DNA of 64,000 bases. It comes from Tricharina praecox. Its lineage: Eukaryota. A model generated the notes under the pieces. It did not search any database and was not told the DNA's origin. It worked only from the letters and a program-made list of their open reading frames with translations. Of the stretch, positions 36,644-49,321 are shown one piece after another. The stretch is taken from positions 310,001 to 374,000 of the forward strand of contig NW_026250410.1 in the NCBI RefSeq assembly GCF_024521635.1, read 5' to 3'. The translations under genes were made by a program, and so were the position numbers. The first letter of the stretch is position 1. Each line of letters opens with the position of its first letter.

Positions 36644-38530
36644 GACGTTTCGCCGCGCCCTCGCCGAGCGAATGTCAATCAATCTCGATTTGGCAAAGAC
36701 AAGACAAGGGAGGGGATATTCGGAATGGAGAGCGGTGGAGTATTATGTGTCGTGGTTATGGGCAATAATGGAAAAAAGTAACTGGAGTGGAGCTCGATAT
36801 CGATGGAACGTCTCTGGGGTGGAATAATACAAGACGTGGTATGCACCTATGGGCAGCGGCAATGAGGTCACTGCTGCAGGCAATCACAAGTGACGTAGCA
36901 AGGTTGACGTATCTGCTTCATTATCGATCGCTCGGCCTTCGAGTCAGCAGTCATGATGCATACCTCCATCCTCCGGGTCTGCCGGCCGCACTTTCACTGT
37001 CGAGCCTGCAAATACTATTTTATCCATTGCCTTCCTTTTTAGGCGAGCGTTAAAGGCGAAGTGTCTACCTTGGAAAGTCGCCTCCATCCGTGGCTAAGAA
37101 AGCTCCTGGACATTGGCAAAGATTGCGATGACAGTCCATTTTCTCGTTTCCTGGCGAGCTTCACTGCTTTAGCTACCACACAAGTTCTGGCGTCGCTCAT
37201 TCTTTGGGTTACGATGTGGCTGAACAATAGCGGCGATAGCCGTTTGATTATCTCGATAGGTACCCGCAATACCAGCCTCAATCAAACTCGCTCCTCCGGG
37301 ACTTAAACAGCCCTATCACGTTCCATCCATAACCTCCCTGCTGTTGTAGATCACCGTAATAGTTTAGCGATCTCTACGTCTCCGGCAAGTAGCTTGATTG
37401 GGTTCCGTAGTGTAGAATAAACGTAAATCCTACGTTTTGACTTGACTTGGCGACTCCTGCACAAGATGGGGCCTTCTAGCTCTGAGAAACTGTATCATAT
37501 GTATCGATTATGGCGTAGTGGGATAAATATTATCGACATCGTGGCCGGCACGCCGCACCACCGCACCACCGCACCACCGCACCACCGCACCAAAGTAGCC
37601 AGTGTGTTCAGACCAAAGTTATCCTTGACCCTTATCAGAGTCGCCAACGTTCACGAGGTTATTCCATTTTCCTTTATGTTGACAATAGTTAGTCTCAAAC
37701 TTCCTATAATTTCCGTCACTAGAAACCCCCACCGACTTACAATGTCAAAGTTATGCTGTTACTTCGAGGAAAACTCGGGAAAATCGAAGCATGTGTACAG
37801 CGGGTATGTAAGAGGAAAGGCGTGGAGTGGGAGCTCAAAGTAGTCGAAGTTTGCCAACGGGATTGCTCGTTCGGGAGTTGCCTAAGTAGACGTATCTAGG
37901 TGGTTAGCTGGAAGCCGTAGACGAGGACAGCAAACCCACTCAGGGATACCCGAGCAAACGGCTTGGTTGAACTGGGTGGTAGGAATAGCCAAGTTGAAGC
38001 AAACGAGGCTGGAGTACTCAACATTTGTAGGGAGCGGAATGCCAAGGAAAAAGACCTCGGCGGAGATGCGGGGATGTTGGGAAGTGGGGATGCGGGGATG
38101 CAAAGGACCAATAGCATGACGGGAGAAATATCTGAGATGTTCTTCACGAGACAGCTCACAGACTTCGTATCGTCATTTAGTCCTTCGGCCCATCCCATTC
38201 GTCCCATTCGTCCCAGCGCGGGGCGGATGTCCAGAAAAGCAGGTAGGACATCGATTAATGGTTGAAGCCAGCCATTCTTTCCCTGATACTTGGCACCCAT
38301 CTGGGACAACGACTGCTACCTGTTCTATATACTCGTGAGGGTGAAATATGGCCCCGTGGTGGGAAGTGGAGGAAGCTGTACCGTAGTCGCCTGGAGCTTG
38401 TACCTATCTACCGAGGTAGTCTGAATCCACCACCAATACAGCCATTCTGAATATCACTGGCACTCAGACGTTTAGTCATGACTCTTGACTACCTACCGAT
38501 GGAAGTGCTCGTGATTGAGAGTAGTTTGAG

Positions 38531-38580
38531 GATGGAGATGGTGGAGATGATGGAGATGGTGGAGATGGTGGAGATGGTGG
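38531..38580. repeat. 9-bp repeat (GATGGTGGA)n
   Basis: Visible array, about 5 imperfect copies. Confidence 0.8.
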
Positions 38581-38972
38581 GTGGGTAGTGCGGGGTGACT
38601 ACTTCACCCCAACTTCAAGCACTCGAGTCTGGAGTAACCAGGCTGCGGCGAGCAGCAAGCGGACTCATCGCGATGGATGGATGGATTGGATGTCTACCCA
38701 GTTCCATGGATAAGCCATAGCCGTGGCCGTGGGAAAAGGCGACCGAGTGTGTGCTAGTTACCGATGGCTGAGATGGTGGAGTTGAGTGTTGGGTGTTGAG
38801 AGTTGGTTGTTGGTTGTTGAGTGCTGAGTGCTGAGTGCTGAGTCGTGGGAGGGGTCGTGAGAGGGGAAGGTGAGGGGCAGTTACCGTCGTTGTCGTCGTT
38901 GTCATCGTCGTGGACTCGTAGTGGGCATAAGCCCCACTCCCCACAGGAGGGGAACGATATCTATATGACCAC

Positions 38973-39014
38973 CACCATTCCAAGAGCACCATTCCAAGAG
39001 CACCATTCCAAGAG
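38973..39014. repeat. 14-bp tandem repeat (CACCATTCCAAGAG) x3
   Basis: Three perfect copies. Confidence 0.9.
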
Positions 39015-40652
39015 CCCGGTACTATTATGCAAGCGGCCCATTCGGGAATCCAACGTTCCCCACCCAGCACATAGCTCGTCCTGTCCGTTTTGAGGCACGA
39101 AGAGAACGGCTTGCCAAGATCGGCCGCCTCGGATCTCTGTAGGATGTATGTGCCAGATGGTGAGCATGCGGCCAAGCACTGGACCCAGTGGAATACTGCT
39201 GATGCGGCGGGGCTCGCCAATCGCTAATGTTCCGCTTTTTGGATCACTACGGTACATACCAGCAGGTACCCCGCAGTCGGGACGGAAGAGTAAAGTCTGA
39301 GAACCTTGGGTATGGTCTCCCTGCGCTGGAATGTCAACGGCCACGCAGCACACTACTAGTAGGGTGGGCAGGTACACGGCTGAGCAAAAATGGCGGCGGA
39401 ACACTGTTCCATTTGTTCCTTCGGCTTCTTCAGTGATCACTAGCGGCGGAGGATCATGAACCTCGCGTGATCAGCTATGATTCGGAATTCGAGTGAACGG
39501 CGGTAGTAACAGTGCCATGCCCGGCTCTAAGTACCGTACTCCAGAGTACGGTACCTACCGTACCGTATCCCACCGCTAGATAATTGAAATATCTGCTCAA
39601 TGGCGGGCAAGGCGTCTATTTACCATGACAGTTTGGATGTTGCGTGTCAAAGGTAACGTCTGCAATTCGTGACACATCGACCATCGGTCCTTCACAGAAG
39701 ATCAAGGGTCTACTAGGTATACTGGTGTCCGCTGCATGGGAGTGGAGTGGCAGAACTTCAAGTCTGGTTCAACTAGCCTTAAGCTTCTCCAGAGAACTTA
39801 CCATGGTACAGGTAGAGAATAGATGCATACCTCCATCGAAGAGTGAATCCCGATGGAGTGACAAGGTATGAGCCTCAAAGGACAATTCCGTAACGAATGT
39901 TTTCATCCAAAGCCTCCCCGCAATAAACGTTATATGTACCGCTGCCTTGTACTGTACACCTCACCGGTAACTCGCTCCCCAAGGTTCGTCCTGAATTCTC
40001 GGGTGGAATTCCATCGAACCGGTCTTTGGTGTGGATGTGGTCACGAACGCAAAGCAGCAACCCTAACCCAGCAGCCACCCCATCCCACTGCTCCACATCA
40101 CTTCGCTCCACTTCGCTCAACTCCCGCGGCGAATAATCATGCGAACGATGGATGTCAAAGGATTTTTCCCATTTTTCCATTTATCCGTTGTCGTTGTTCG
40201 GGGATCGGTATCACCATAATAATTCCATTCATGATTCTGTGGGGATATCATCATAGGATGTACCCGACCCCGGCTCCTCGCATTCCCATGTATGAAGGGC
40301 GATCCCTCATTGCCGTCACACCCAGGTCCCACGGATGCAGCAGCAAGCAACAAGCAACAAGCAACAAGGTGAGGATGCAAGCTCCGGATCGCGTCGTACG
40401 TGTTCTGGTTCTGAGTCCTGGCCGGCCTGGAAGCACAAGCACACAGGCATACAAGCACACAGGCATACAAGCACACAGGCACACAAGGGAAGGGAAGAGG
40501 GAGCGAGGGAGCGTCGTCGTCGACATCACTGCAGACCTTCGTCATGCCAAACTTCAAAGGAGGGAGAAGTGGTGGTGGTGGTGGTAGAGCACTCTATCGT
40601 ACCTGCGCCCACCTGCCTCCTTCCCCCCGCCCCAGCCACCGCCTCTCGCGCC

Positions 40653-40726
40653 GGTGCTGGTGCTGGTGCTGGTGCTGGTGCTGGTGCTGGTGCTGGTGCT
40701 GGTGCTGGTGCTGGTACTGGTGCTGG
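40653..40726. repeat. Hexanucleotide microsatellite (GGTGCT) x ~12
   Basis: Visible array with one GGTACT variant. Confidence 0.95.
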
Positions 40727-43219
40727 CGCAGAAATCAAGGAAATGTCTCCACCACGTTTTTTTGCCACCAATCTCACTTTCTTTGGGAGGCTTTGTTCCT
40801 CCTCCTCCGAGCGAGGGGCAGCCGACCGACCCCCCCCCCCATGGCTCGCTGTTGGCCGGCCCCCTCTGCAGCAGATCGTCGCTGCTGTGCTGCGCGTACA
40901 TACGGGGGAGGGGAGGGGGGGCGATTCATCATTCGACAGGTCTGCTCTGCTTCGACAGCGGCGACACGAACAGAACAGAACAGCGAAGCAGCCTGTGCCG
41001 ATATCGATGCGCCCGATGCGATGCGAATTGTCATTTGCCCATGGCTGTCTGGCTTGGCGATTCGACTGCCCAGCCACTTCTCGCATTTCGCTGGAGGAGC
41101 GAATTGGTTGGCGTACGATACTTAAAGTAGAGTACACTGGGCACGTTCTGCGACGGATGCTGTCTCCATCCATCATCCATCCTGTGGCTCGCTCCATTCG
41201 CGGTTGGGTTAATTTGTGGCATTTTTTTCCTCGCTGTATGGTGTCTTTGCTTTTTCTTTCTGTGCGTGTGTGCGTCCACCACCGAACCACCTCCACCACC
41301 AAACCACCACCACCACCAAACCAACACACGCAGCCTGCCGGGATGGATGATGGATCCCTTCGGGCGGTCGTTCGTGCGTTCGTTCGTTACCAGCCGTCGA
41401 GACTCTACCTTGTTGCTCTAGATTGCTTGGGGATGAAGGAGATCTCATTGGTACGTCAGCCAAGCCAAGCCGGGGGTGCCAATCGGATTCCGCGAATCGG
41501 AGGATCGGGATGGCTGGCCCGAGGCCGAATTCGATCACCGAGCTGGCCGCTAGCTCCCACCCAGCACTCCCCCGGTGCATGATGCATCCATCTGGCTGGC
41601 TGGCTGCGATTGTAAGTTACCCAGATCGGAAGCGCGTTTCGGGCGTGTCTTGCAACAACTGCACAGACACGAAGGCCAGTCTGTGGGCGATGGCTGATGG
41701 CTGATGGGCGACGGGCGACGGGCGACGGGCGACGGGCCACCAGCTTGTGAAAACGCGAGGCGAGGCGAGACGACACCACCACCACCACCGCCGATAGAGT
41801 GCTTACTCTACTTTGCCAACATCTTGGGGGAGGACTCCGCTATGTCTCCCCGATGCCTCATGTGCTCCACTCTACACGGCACAACCGCAACCTGGAGTAT
41901 GCATAGTACAGCTGCGGGAGACGGGGCAGCACGCGGAGGAGACGAGGGGGCCGGAAAGCAGTACCGTAATGAAATGAACTGCTTAGATAAGTGCCCACTT
42001 AGGTACCTGGCGATGCCCACGCCTCCACCACGAAAGTCCTTGATTCCCACCTTCTCGTCCACGCACGCCCGCGCTTGCCATGCTTTGCCACCAAGTTGCA
42101 ACTGGCCGCAACCCGCCATGTATCTAGAGTTGAACAAGGACTCGCCCCAAGCAAGCAAAGCACGTCGTTGGTGTGTGCACTAGAGTACCTGTACACCGCG
42201 CTACCGTGCTCTACTCTACACTTGGCCAGGTACTGTAGATTGCCCAGGGATAGGTACCTCTAGAGCACTGCGGCTACTCTACTCTGGGTACATGCTCTAG
42301 AGTTCCAAAGCACCAGCAGGTATCCGATCTGCCCTAAATAATGCTCTACCGATACCTGGCCCGCGTTAGCCGCATCGGTCGTAACCTTGACCCCGCGTAG
42401 ACGTCCAACGCCCAGCGATCATGAAATTCGTGTGTGTGTATGTGGATGTGTGGATGTACCTCAACACCACCGGTGCTGCACGGCATCTGTCCACTCCACC
42501 ACCACTCACCCATCTCCGCCAACCAGCTCGCTGCACGCAATGTGCGAGAACCAGGGAAGGGGGCCATAATTCCAGTGGTCAGGTTCCAGCCACTTGCTGG
42601 TGCTGTGCTGTGCGGTTCCCGTGAAGAAGAAGGCGAGGTGAAGAGAAGAGAGAGTGCCCCAACCATCTCCGACCCACAAGTGGCCTAGACCTCGCAGCGG
42701 ACGAGAGCTGGCAGATGGGAAAACAGACATGGCCATTGGTCCAGCCCGTTCAATTGCAAGGAACTGCTCTCTCTACTCTCTGCTCTAGCAGGGAGCAGGA
42801 AAAAAATAAGGAAAAAAAGGAAAAAACAAAGATTGCTCCGAAGAGCGATTCGTCGTCTGCTGCGGCCTGGGGGAAATAGGCGGGTCCTTGCAATTGGCCA
42901 CTCCGGCCAACAAGCACCGTCATGTCACTCTTGCTCCCCCCCCCAAAACGTGTTTGTTTACACGCGTTCCCGGATAGGCATCGTGGGAATTGACTGGCCC
43001 CACCACCCGCCGATGTCCAATGGCCCTCCAGATTTCCCTGGCCTTCGTGTCTCCAAACCCAGGACTTTATAATCCAGACGCATTCCACCACTTCCTGCTC
43101 CCTTCCTTCCCTTTCTCCTCCCATCCAGCAGCAAGCCGAACATCTTCATCCTCCTCCTTAATTCACTCCCCTCCTCAATACCTTGCTCCACCTACCGCTC
43201 CTCCACAACATCCATCAAA

Positions 43220-44022
43220 ATGAAGACCTCTATGATCATCGCTCTCGGCCTGGCCACTGCCGCCGTTGCCCAGAATGAATGCGCCGGATGTAACGACCTC
43301 TCTCAGCTGACGGTCTGCTCGGTCGCCTGGCGAGGAGCCATCATGGCGTACGTCCTTCCCGCACAATGTCCATCCATAACCACCCCACTAACGTCTCCTC
43401 CAGCTGCATGGCCGACCCTTGCAACGTCCCCTTCACCGAAGACCCCATCGCCGCCTGCGCCGCCGCCGCCCAGTCCTCCGCTGCCGCCGCCGCCTCGGCC
43501 TCCAGCGCCGCAGCTGCCGCCTCGTCCTCCGCCGCCGAGGCCCAAGCCTCGGCATCCGCCTCCGCCGCCGAGGCCGCCTCTTCCGCATCCGCCGCCGCCG
43601 CTGCCGCCTCCGCATCCGCCGAGTCCGTCGCCTCAGTTGCCGCCACCGCCGCCGTCGCCTCGGCCTCATCCATCGCCGAGCAGACCTCGGTCGTCGCCTC
43701 GGCCACCGAAGCCGCCGGCTCTGCCGTCGCTTCGGCCTCTGGCGCCATCGACTCCGCCGTCTCGGAAGCTACTGAGGCTGCCAGCTCTGCCGTCGCTTCC
43801 GCCTCCGACGCCGTCGACTCCGCCTCGTCCGCCATCGAGTCCCTCGCCTCCGGCGTCTCCTCTACCATCAGCTCCGTCACCTCGCGTCTCGCCGGCTCCG
43901 CTACCTCCACCTCCACCACCACTGCCACTTCCACCGCCGCCGCCGACTCCGCCGCTAACCGCCACGAGGTCGGTGGCATCGCCGCGTTCGTCATCGCTGC
44001 TGCCGGTTTTCTTGTCCTGTAA
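43220..44022 (+). CDS. Secreted GPI-anchored Ser/Ala-rich cell-surface protein with small 6-Cys N-terminal domain, 2 exons
   Basis: Signal peptide MKTSMIIALGLATAAVA; intron 43348-43403 (GTACGT...CTAAC...CAG) shifts into the Ala/Ser/Thr-rich frame; omega-like DSAA, then hydrophobic C-terminus GGIAAFVIAAAGFLVL. Confidence 0.85.
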
Positions 44023-45746
44023 ATTTAATCGATCCGACACATCATTCCCTTTGTAATATGTAAATGCTGGATGGAGCGGGGTTGGGGTTGCGGGTCTGGG
44101 GCCGATGGATGGTTTTTTTCTTTTCTTTCTGGGGGGATATCACTGCTTATGCTGTACACGAATTCGCATGTTGTTACGATTACACCTATAACTACGGTGG
44201 CGAGCCAGGGTGGGCACAATAATGAAGATGAAGAAGAAGTAATTAATTTACCGGGCTGTCTTTTTTATTCTCTGTGATGTGATGTGATGTGTTGCCATCG
44301 TTGAAGTCGTGCTTTTTCGCACCTAATCATCAAACTTTTGGCACTCAGCCATCCATCCATCCGCCCAAACATGGGGAAACTGTGGATGTGCGTGAGGAAG
44401 GGTGGGAGTACCTGCGCTGGCGGCGCCCCATACCCCAAACACGCACCCTGGCGTTTGCCAATCGAAGTGTCGTCCACAAAGGTGTGGACGCCACCCCATA
44501 TGTGCGCTATCACGCAGAGAGAGACAAGTTGATAACTATTGACGCCACCACACCACCCACGACTACTACGACCACCACGACCACGACCACGACCACGACC
44601 AGCACCAGCACCACGACAATATGAAACAACAACAGCAGGCTGCAGTGTCTCGGGTGGTACGGGCTGGCCACGGTAGGGTGGTGTGGGGTGGGTTATTGAT
44701 GTCACGGTCGCCCAAAAAGGGTGATGTGCAGTGTGCATGGCATGAGTCGGCCGCTTGGAAGTTGGGAGGTCGCATGCCTCATACTTTAGGTACTTGTCGA
44801 CCTACTGGCCTATCTGCATAAGAAAAGAAGTATGTACATGTGTACATGTGTGCTTGCATACTTCGCCGTGGTCTCCGTAGTCGAGCACCCAAGCACCCCA
44901 GCACCCAAGCACCCAAGGGGTCAACCAGTCGCCATTCTCTCCCGTCCAATCCGCGAACAAGCACTGCTCCCACTGTATTGTACACTACAGTTCAGTTGGT
45001 ACACATACGGTAGACCAGAACAGAGCAGAGTAGACCGGAACAGAGCAGAGCAGAACAGAGCAGAGTATAGAAGCCTATCCAGTATGTCCAGTATGTCCAT
45101 ATATCCATAGGTACAGAGGTACATTGGTACACAGCCAACCATCTCGTGACACGCCGTGATACGCCGTGATCCACTGTGACGTGCGCGCTCGATCACTCAC
45201 TCGATCACTCAGGGCTTGCTGTACCAGAGCGAGTGATGATTTGTGTCTGTCCTGTTTGATGTCTGGTGTCTAGATCATGGCGGCTCGCTCGGTGAAATGG
45301 CTACTACCTGCTGTCTACCTGCTATTTACCATACTGTAAGAGTAGAGAGAGTAACGAGTAACATACCGCAGCTGGTACCGTATTCGGTATTCAGATTCAG
45401 TTTGGGCATGGGTTGGAATTGTGGTCTCCATAGCACCTAATTGAGGTCGTATGCGACAATGAATGGGATTCTCTCTCGCTATTCAAGCTTGGATTCAGAC
45501 GAGGGTGTTGTGTAGTTCCAAGCTCTGGCTGGGATGGGCCTGGAAAAAACTAGTCACTCCGTCACTCCTCTACGCTGAGGTCGCGAGCACCAGGCATGGC
45601 AACACTCGTCACTTCCAATTCACCTTCCATCACTCGCATCCATGACTGTCTACCAATACTACCAACAATAGTATTCTCTCCCTCCGGTTCAAAATCTCCA
45701 CAGAAGTTACATGGAAGTTACATAGAAGTTACAAGCCACATAAAAG

Positions 45747-48242
45747 TTACAAGCTCATCCTTGTAACGCCCTTGAGATTCATTTCCGGTTGTGCCCCATC
45801 GACTCGCACGGTGAGGTCCCCCTCGAGCTTCGCGTTAATTTCCAGGACTCCATCGTTCACACACAGCGCGCCCACGCTCTCTCCCTCGGAGTCGACCAGC
45901 TGCGTGGTCCTCCACTTCTCAACGGTGGGAGTGAACACTCTAATCTCCAGATCCTTCGTGTAATCGTACACCACCCGTTTCTCGCCAACTTTACCTAGGG
46001 GGAGGATCGTTCCCTCGCGCACATACAGCGGGATGCTATCGAACGCGTGCTTTTCGGTAACCCACTTCGGGCCGACCTCCGTGTGTCCCGTAAAGAACGC
46101 AGTCCACCTTCCGGCAGGGAGGTAGAGCGTCACCGTGCCCTTCTCGTTGAACACGGGGGCGACCAGCAGCGCGTCGCCGAGCATGTACTGCCTATCGAGG
46201 GACCAGGCCGTGGGGTCGTCTGGGAACTCGAGGAACATTGCGCGCAGGGAGACGGGCAGGCCGGATTCGGTCGAGGCCATCGAGTGCGCGTATAGGTACG
46301 GCATCAAGCGGCACTTCAGGTCCACGAATGTTCGTAGGACGTCGCTGGACTCGTCATCGATCGCCCAGGGGACGCGGTAGGAGTTCGAGCCGTGGAGACG
46401 TGAGTGTGAGCATAGCAGCCCGAAGGCCACCCACCGCTTGTACACGTCGTGCCGCGGCTTGCCCTCGAAGCCGCCGATGTCCACCGACCAGTACGCGAAG
46501 CCGGACAGGCCGAGGGAGAGACCGCCGCGGAGCGACTCGGCCATGGCCTCGTAGGTGGACTCGCAGTCGCCGCCCCACTGCAGCGGGAAGCGCTGTGTGC
46601 CGGCGGTGGCGGAGCGCGAGAACAGGACTGCCTGGTCGGCGCCGTAGCGCTTCTGCAGCGCGGTGTACACCAACTCGTTGTACATGAACGAGTAGAAGTT
46701 GTGCATCTTCGTCGGATCGACGGTTTTGTCGAACCACGCCACGTCCGTGTCCGGGATGCGCTCGCCGAAGTCCGTCTTGAGACAGTCCACGCCCACGTCG
46801 AAGAGGTACTCTAGCTTCGAAACGTACCACGCACACGCCGCCGGGTTGGTGAAATCCACCAGCCCCATACCGGCCTGCCAGAGGTCCCACTGCCATACGT
46901 CCCCGTTCGTGCGCTTCAGGAGGTAGCCCTTCTTCGCCGCCTCGGCGAACACCGGCGAGGCGTCGCCTAGATAAGGGTTGATCCACACGCAGAATTTGAT
47001 GCCGGGGAATTTGGCTCGCAAGCGCGCCATCATCGCTTTGGGATCTGGGAAATGCTCCTCAGAGAAGACGAAGTCGCACCAGTGAAACTCCCGCAGCCAG
47101 AAACAGTCGTAATGGAATACGTGCACGGGGATCTCGCGCTCTTTCATGCCGTCCAGGAAACTTCCGACTGGCAAGAGTTAGCTGTGGGTACATACATCGG
47201 GGCATATGTGGAAGAGGAACGGACCAGTGGCTTCGTCGTAGTTCGTGGTGAACGAAGTTGATAGCCACAGCCCGTACGACCAACTGGGGACTTTGGCCGG
47301 CTTTCCGAGGAGGATCGAGTACTTCCTCAGGATCTCCTTCGGATTGGGACCGTAGATGATGTACCACTTGATTCTGCCGTCCATCAGCCACAATCCTGTG
47401 CGTTCCTAGGAGCACGCAACATACCTCTGTCCCTTGACGCTCGTCTGCAGCCTACAGGTCCTCTCACTTCCGATCTCCAGATCCGTCGGTTCCGGGTGAT
47501 CGATGAAGATACCATAACCGGCACTCGAGATATAAAACGGAACATTCTTGTACGCCTGTTCGCTCGACGTTCCGCCGTCGGCATTGTACAGGGTGACCTG
47601 TTGTCCGACTTTATTGAACGGCGTGAACCTCTCTCCCAGCCCGTATATGCTCTCTCCGACGCCCAGATTGTGCTGTGTGAACATGTAGTGGTTGAACTTG
47701 GTCATGTCCCCTAGCTGCATGGGAGAGCCCGGGGGAGGATTGTAGGCGAAGCCGATGGACCGCGCACCGAGGGAGGTGATGGCCTCGTTGGTGGTGGCAT
47801 CCCGGAACTGGATGTCGAAGGTGTGCGGCGCGCTGGAGACAGTGCAGGAGAGGTTTCCGACTGTCAGGGTGGTCCCCTCCGGTGAAGTGCTGGCCGCACT
47901 GGTGAGAGACGGTTTGCCGTCCGGGTACAGAGGATAGCTGGGACCCAGAACTCGGGCGCCTTTCCAATGGCGGGCGGTGATTGAGATTACATCGTCGAAG
48001 GCTGGCTCGATGTCCTATCGCACAGCGTTTAGCACCCCTCCGTCCTCCTCATAAACCGGAGATATAGCACTCACAATGGTAACCGTGGGCTGATTGAGCG
48101 TGCTACCACGGGCAAGGATCTGGCGTGTGGGGCAGAGCAGACTGAGAGCTCCATCGGGCCCTTGGTCGACTTTATGCACGTCCTCTGCGAACTCGACCCT
48201 GAAGTCCTCCCTGAAGAGCCACATGCCATCGCGGAACCGCAT
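45747..48242 (-). CDS. Intracellular GH31 alpha-xylosidase (YicI-like), 4 exons
   Basis: MRFRDGMW, YGLGERF, DGGTSSEQAYKNVPFY, GLWLSTSFTTNYDE, HYDCFW, KTDFGERIP nucleophile, WGGDC, SHSRLHG. No signal peptide. Introns 48074-48015, about 47424-47374 and about 47224-47168. Confidence 0.93.
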
Positions 48243-48339
48243 ACTGATCGATCTTCTGGTTTAGTATTGTAGGTGTTCTGGTACGAAGAGCGCGCCGCAC
48301 TGATGAGCTCCCATTCCCACCCAGCGGGATTGAGCTTCA

Positions 48340-48476
48340 TTTATACCCCCCTCTGTTCAACTCCGTTTGCCTCGTCGTATGTACTGTGTACATCTCACCC
48401 GGTCCGTCCTCTCCCCCACGTTGCTTGCCCCGCAACACTCTATTCACTTCCCCCCACCGTCTGTGGGTATTTAGCC
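48340..48476 (-). promoter_or_regulatory. Putative alpha-xylosidase promoter: TATAAA, CreA-like GTGGGG and XlnR-type GGCTAAA
   Basis: On the minus strand: TATAAA 48345-48340, GTGGGG near 48414-48419 and 48452-48457, GGCTAAA 48476-48470. Short motif matches only. Confidence 0.45.
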
Positions 48477-49321
48477 GTAACGCAAGGCTGCTGTGGTGAT
48501 GCTCATCGTGCAACTCCCCCGCCCGCGCGCGAACTTCCGGAAAACATTCCTGCGTGCTGGAGCACATTCTCCCGGCGTTCGGCAGGCGTTGCCGGGCCTG
48601 AGTTCCCTGAGAGCCGTTTAGGCAGTCGATCATCCGTAGAGTACCCTAGTTGGGGCCAGGAGCGTCCCCGGGATTGTGGATAAGTTATCAGGTAACCAAG
48701 GCCAAGCCTTAGACAAAGTACGACGAATTACCATGTAGCGTACTGTATTGTACTCTGCACAACACATGATTTTTGAGCTCACAGCTAATCAGGAGCTCAT
48801 CCATCCCCATCTGCACTCATGCGCCGTGGCTCGCAAGGAGTGGCCCCTTCCGGCCAGTCGCCAATCGCGCCGGCCGTGGGACTCGCATCATGTGTGGTGC
48901 TGTTCTAGAAGCGGGCCGCGTCTGGCCGCTTTTTGCCCTGCGATGGTCCGTGCCCCCTGTGTGCCTAACCTGCATGCAGCAGTGCACGACCCTCAATCCG
49001 TGAGAGAGCTCAACTCAGCTTGGAGGACGAGGAGTCAGCCAGTCAGTCAGGCACCCCGTGATTCGGACAGAGACAGACAAGGACACGGCGCGAGTGTCCA
49101 CCGAGTCTTCTTGAACCGGGCTGCTGTGCCCGACGCGGCTGGCTGGTGCTGGCTGTCTTATATCTTGGAAGCTTCCTTCCCTCTTCCTTCGAGCGCAATC
49201 CTGCCTGCCTGCTGAGAAACTTTTCGCTGCCGACCAAGAACCAGTCATAACCTCCATTCGCCAACCACAATCGCCGTTCCGCCTCAGCAGCACCACAACC
49301 ACAACAACCACCACCGCAGCC

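Noticed and set aside
40335..41582. 415-aa ORF and overlapping ORFs
   Set aside because: Kept open by GC-rich microsatellites such as (GGTGCT)n; no domain or coding-like codon pattern.
43220..44056. 278-aa proline-rich extensin-like ORF
   Set aside because: Artefact of reading through intron 43348-43403; the spliced Ala/Ser frame has the GPI signal.
15034..48242. Two GH31 genes as a duplication or cluster
   Set aside because: Different subfamilies (ER glucosidase II versus alpha-xylosidase), about 28 kb apart with unrelated genes between.
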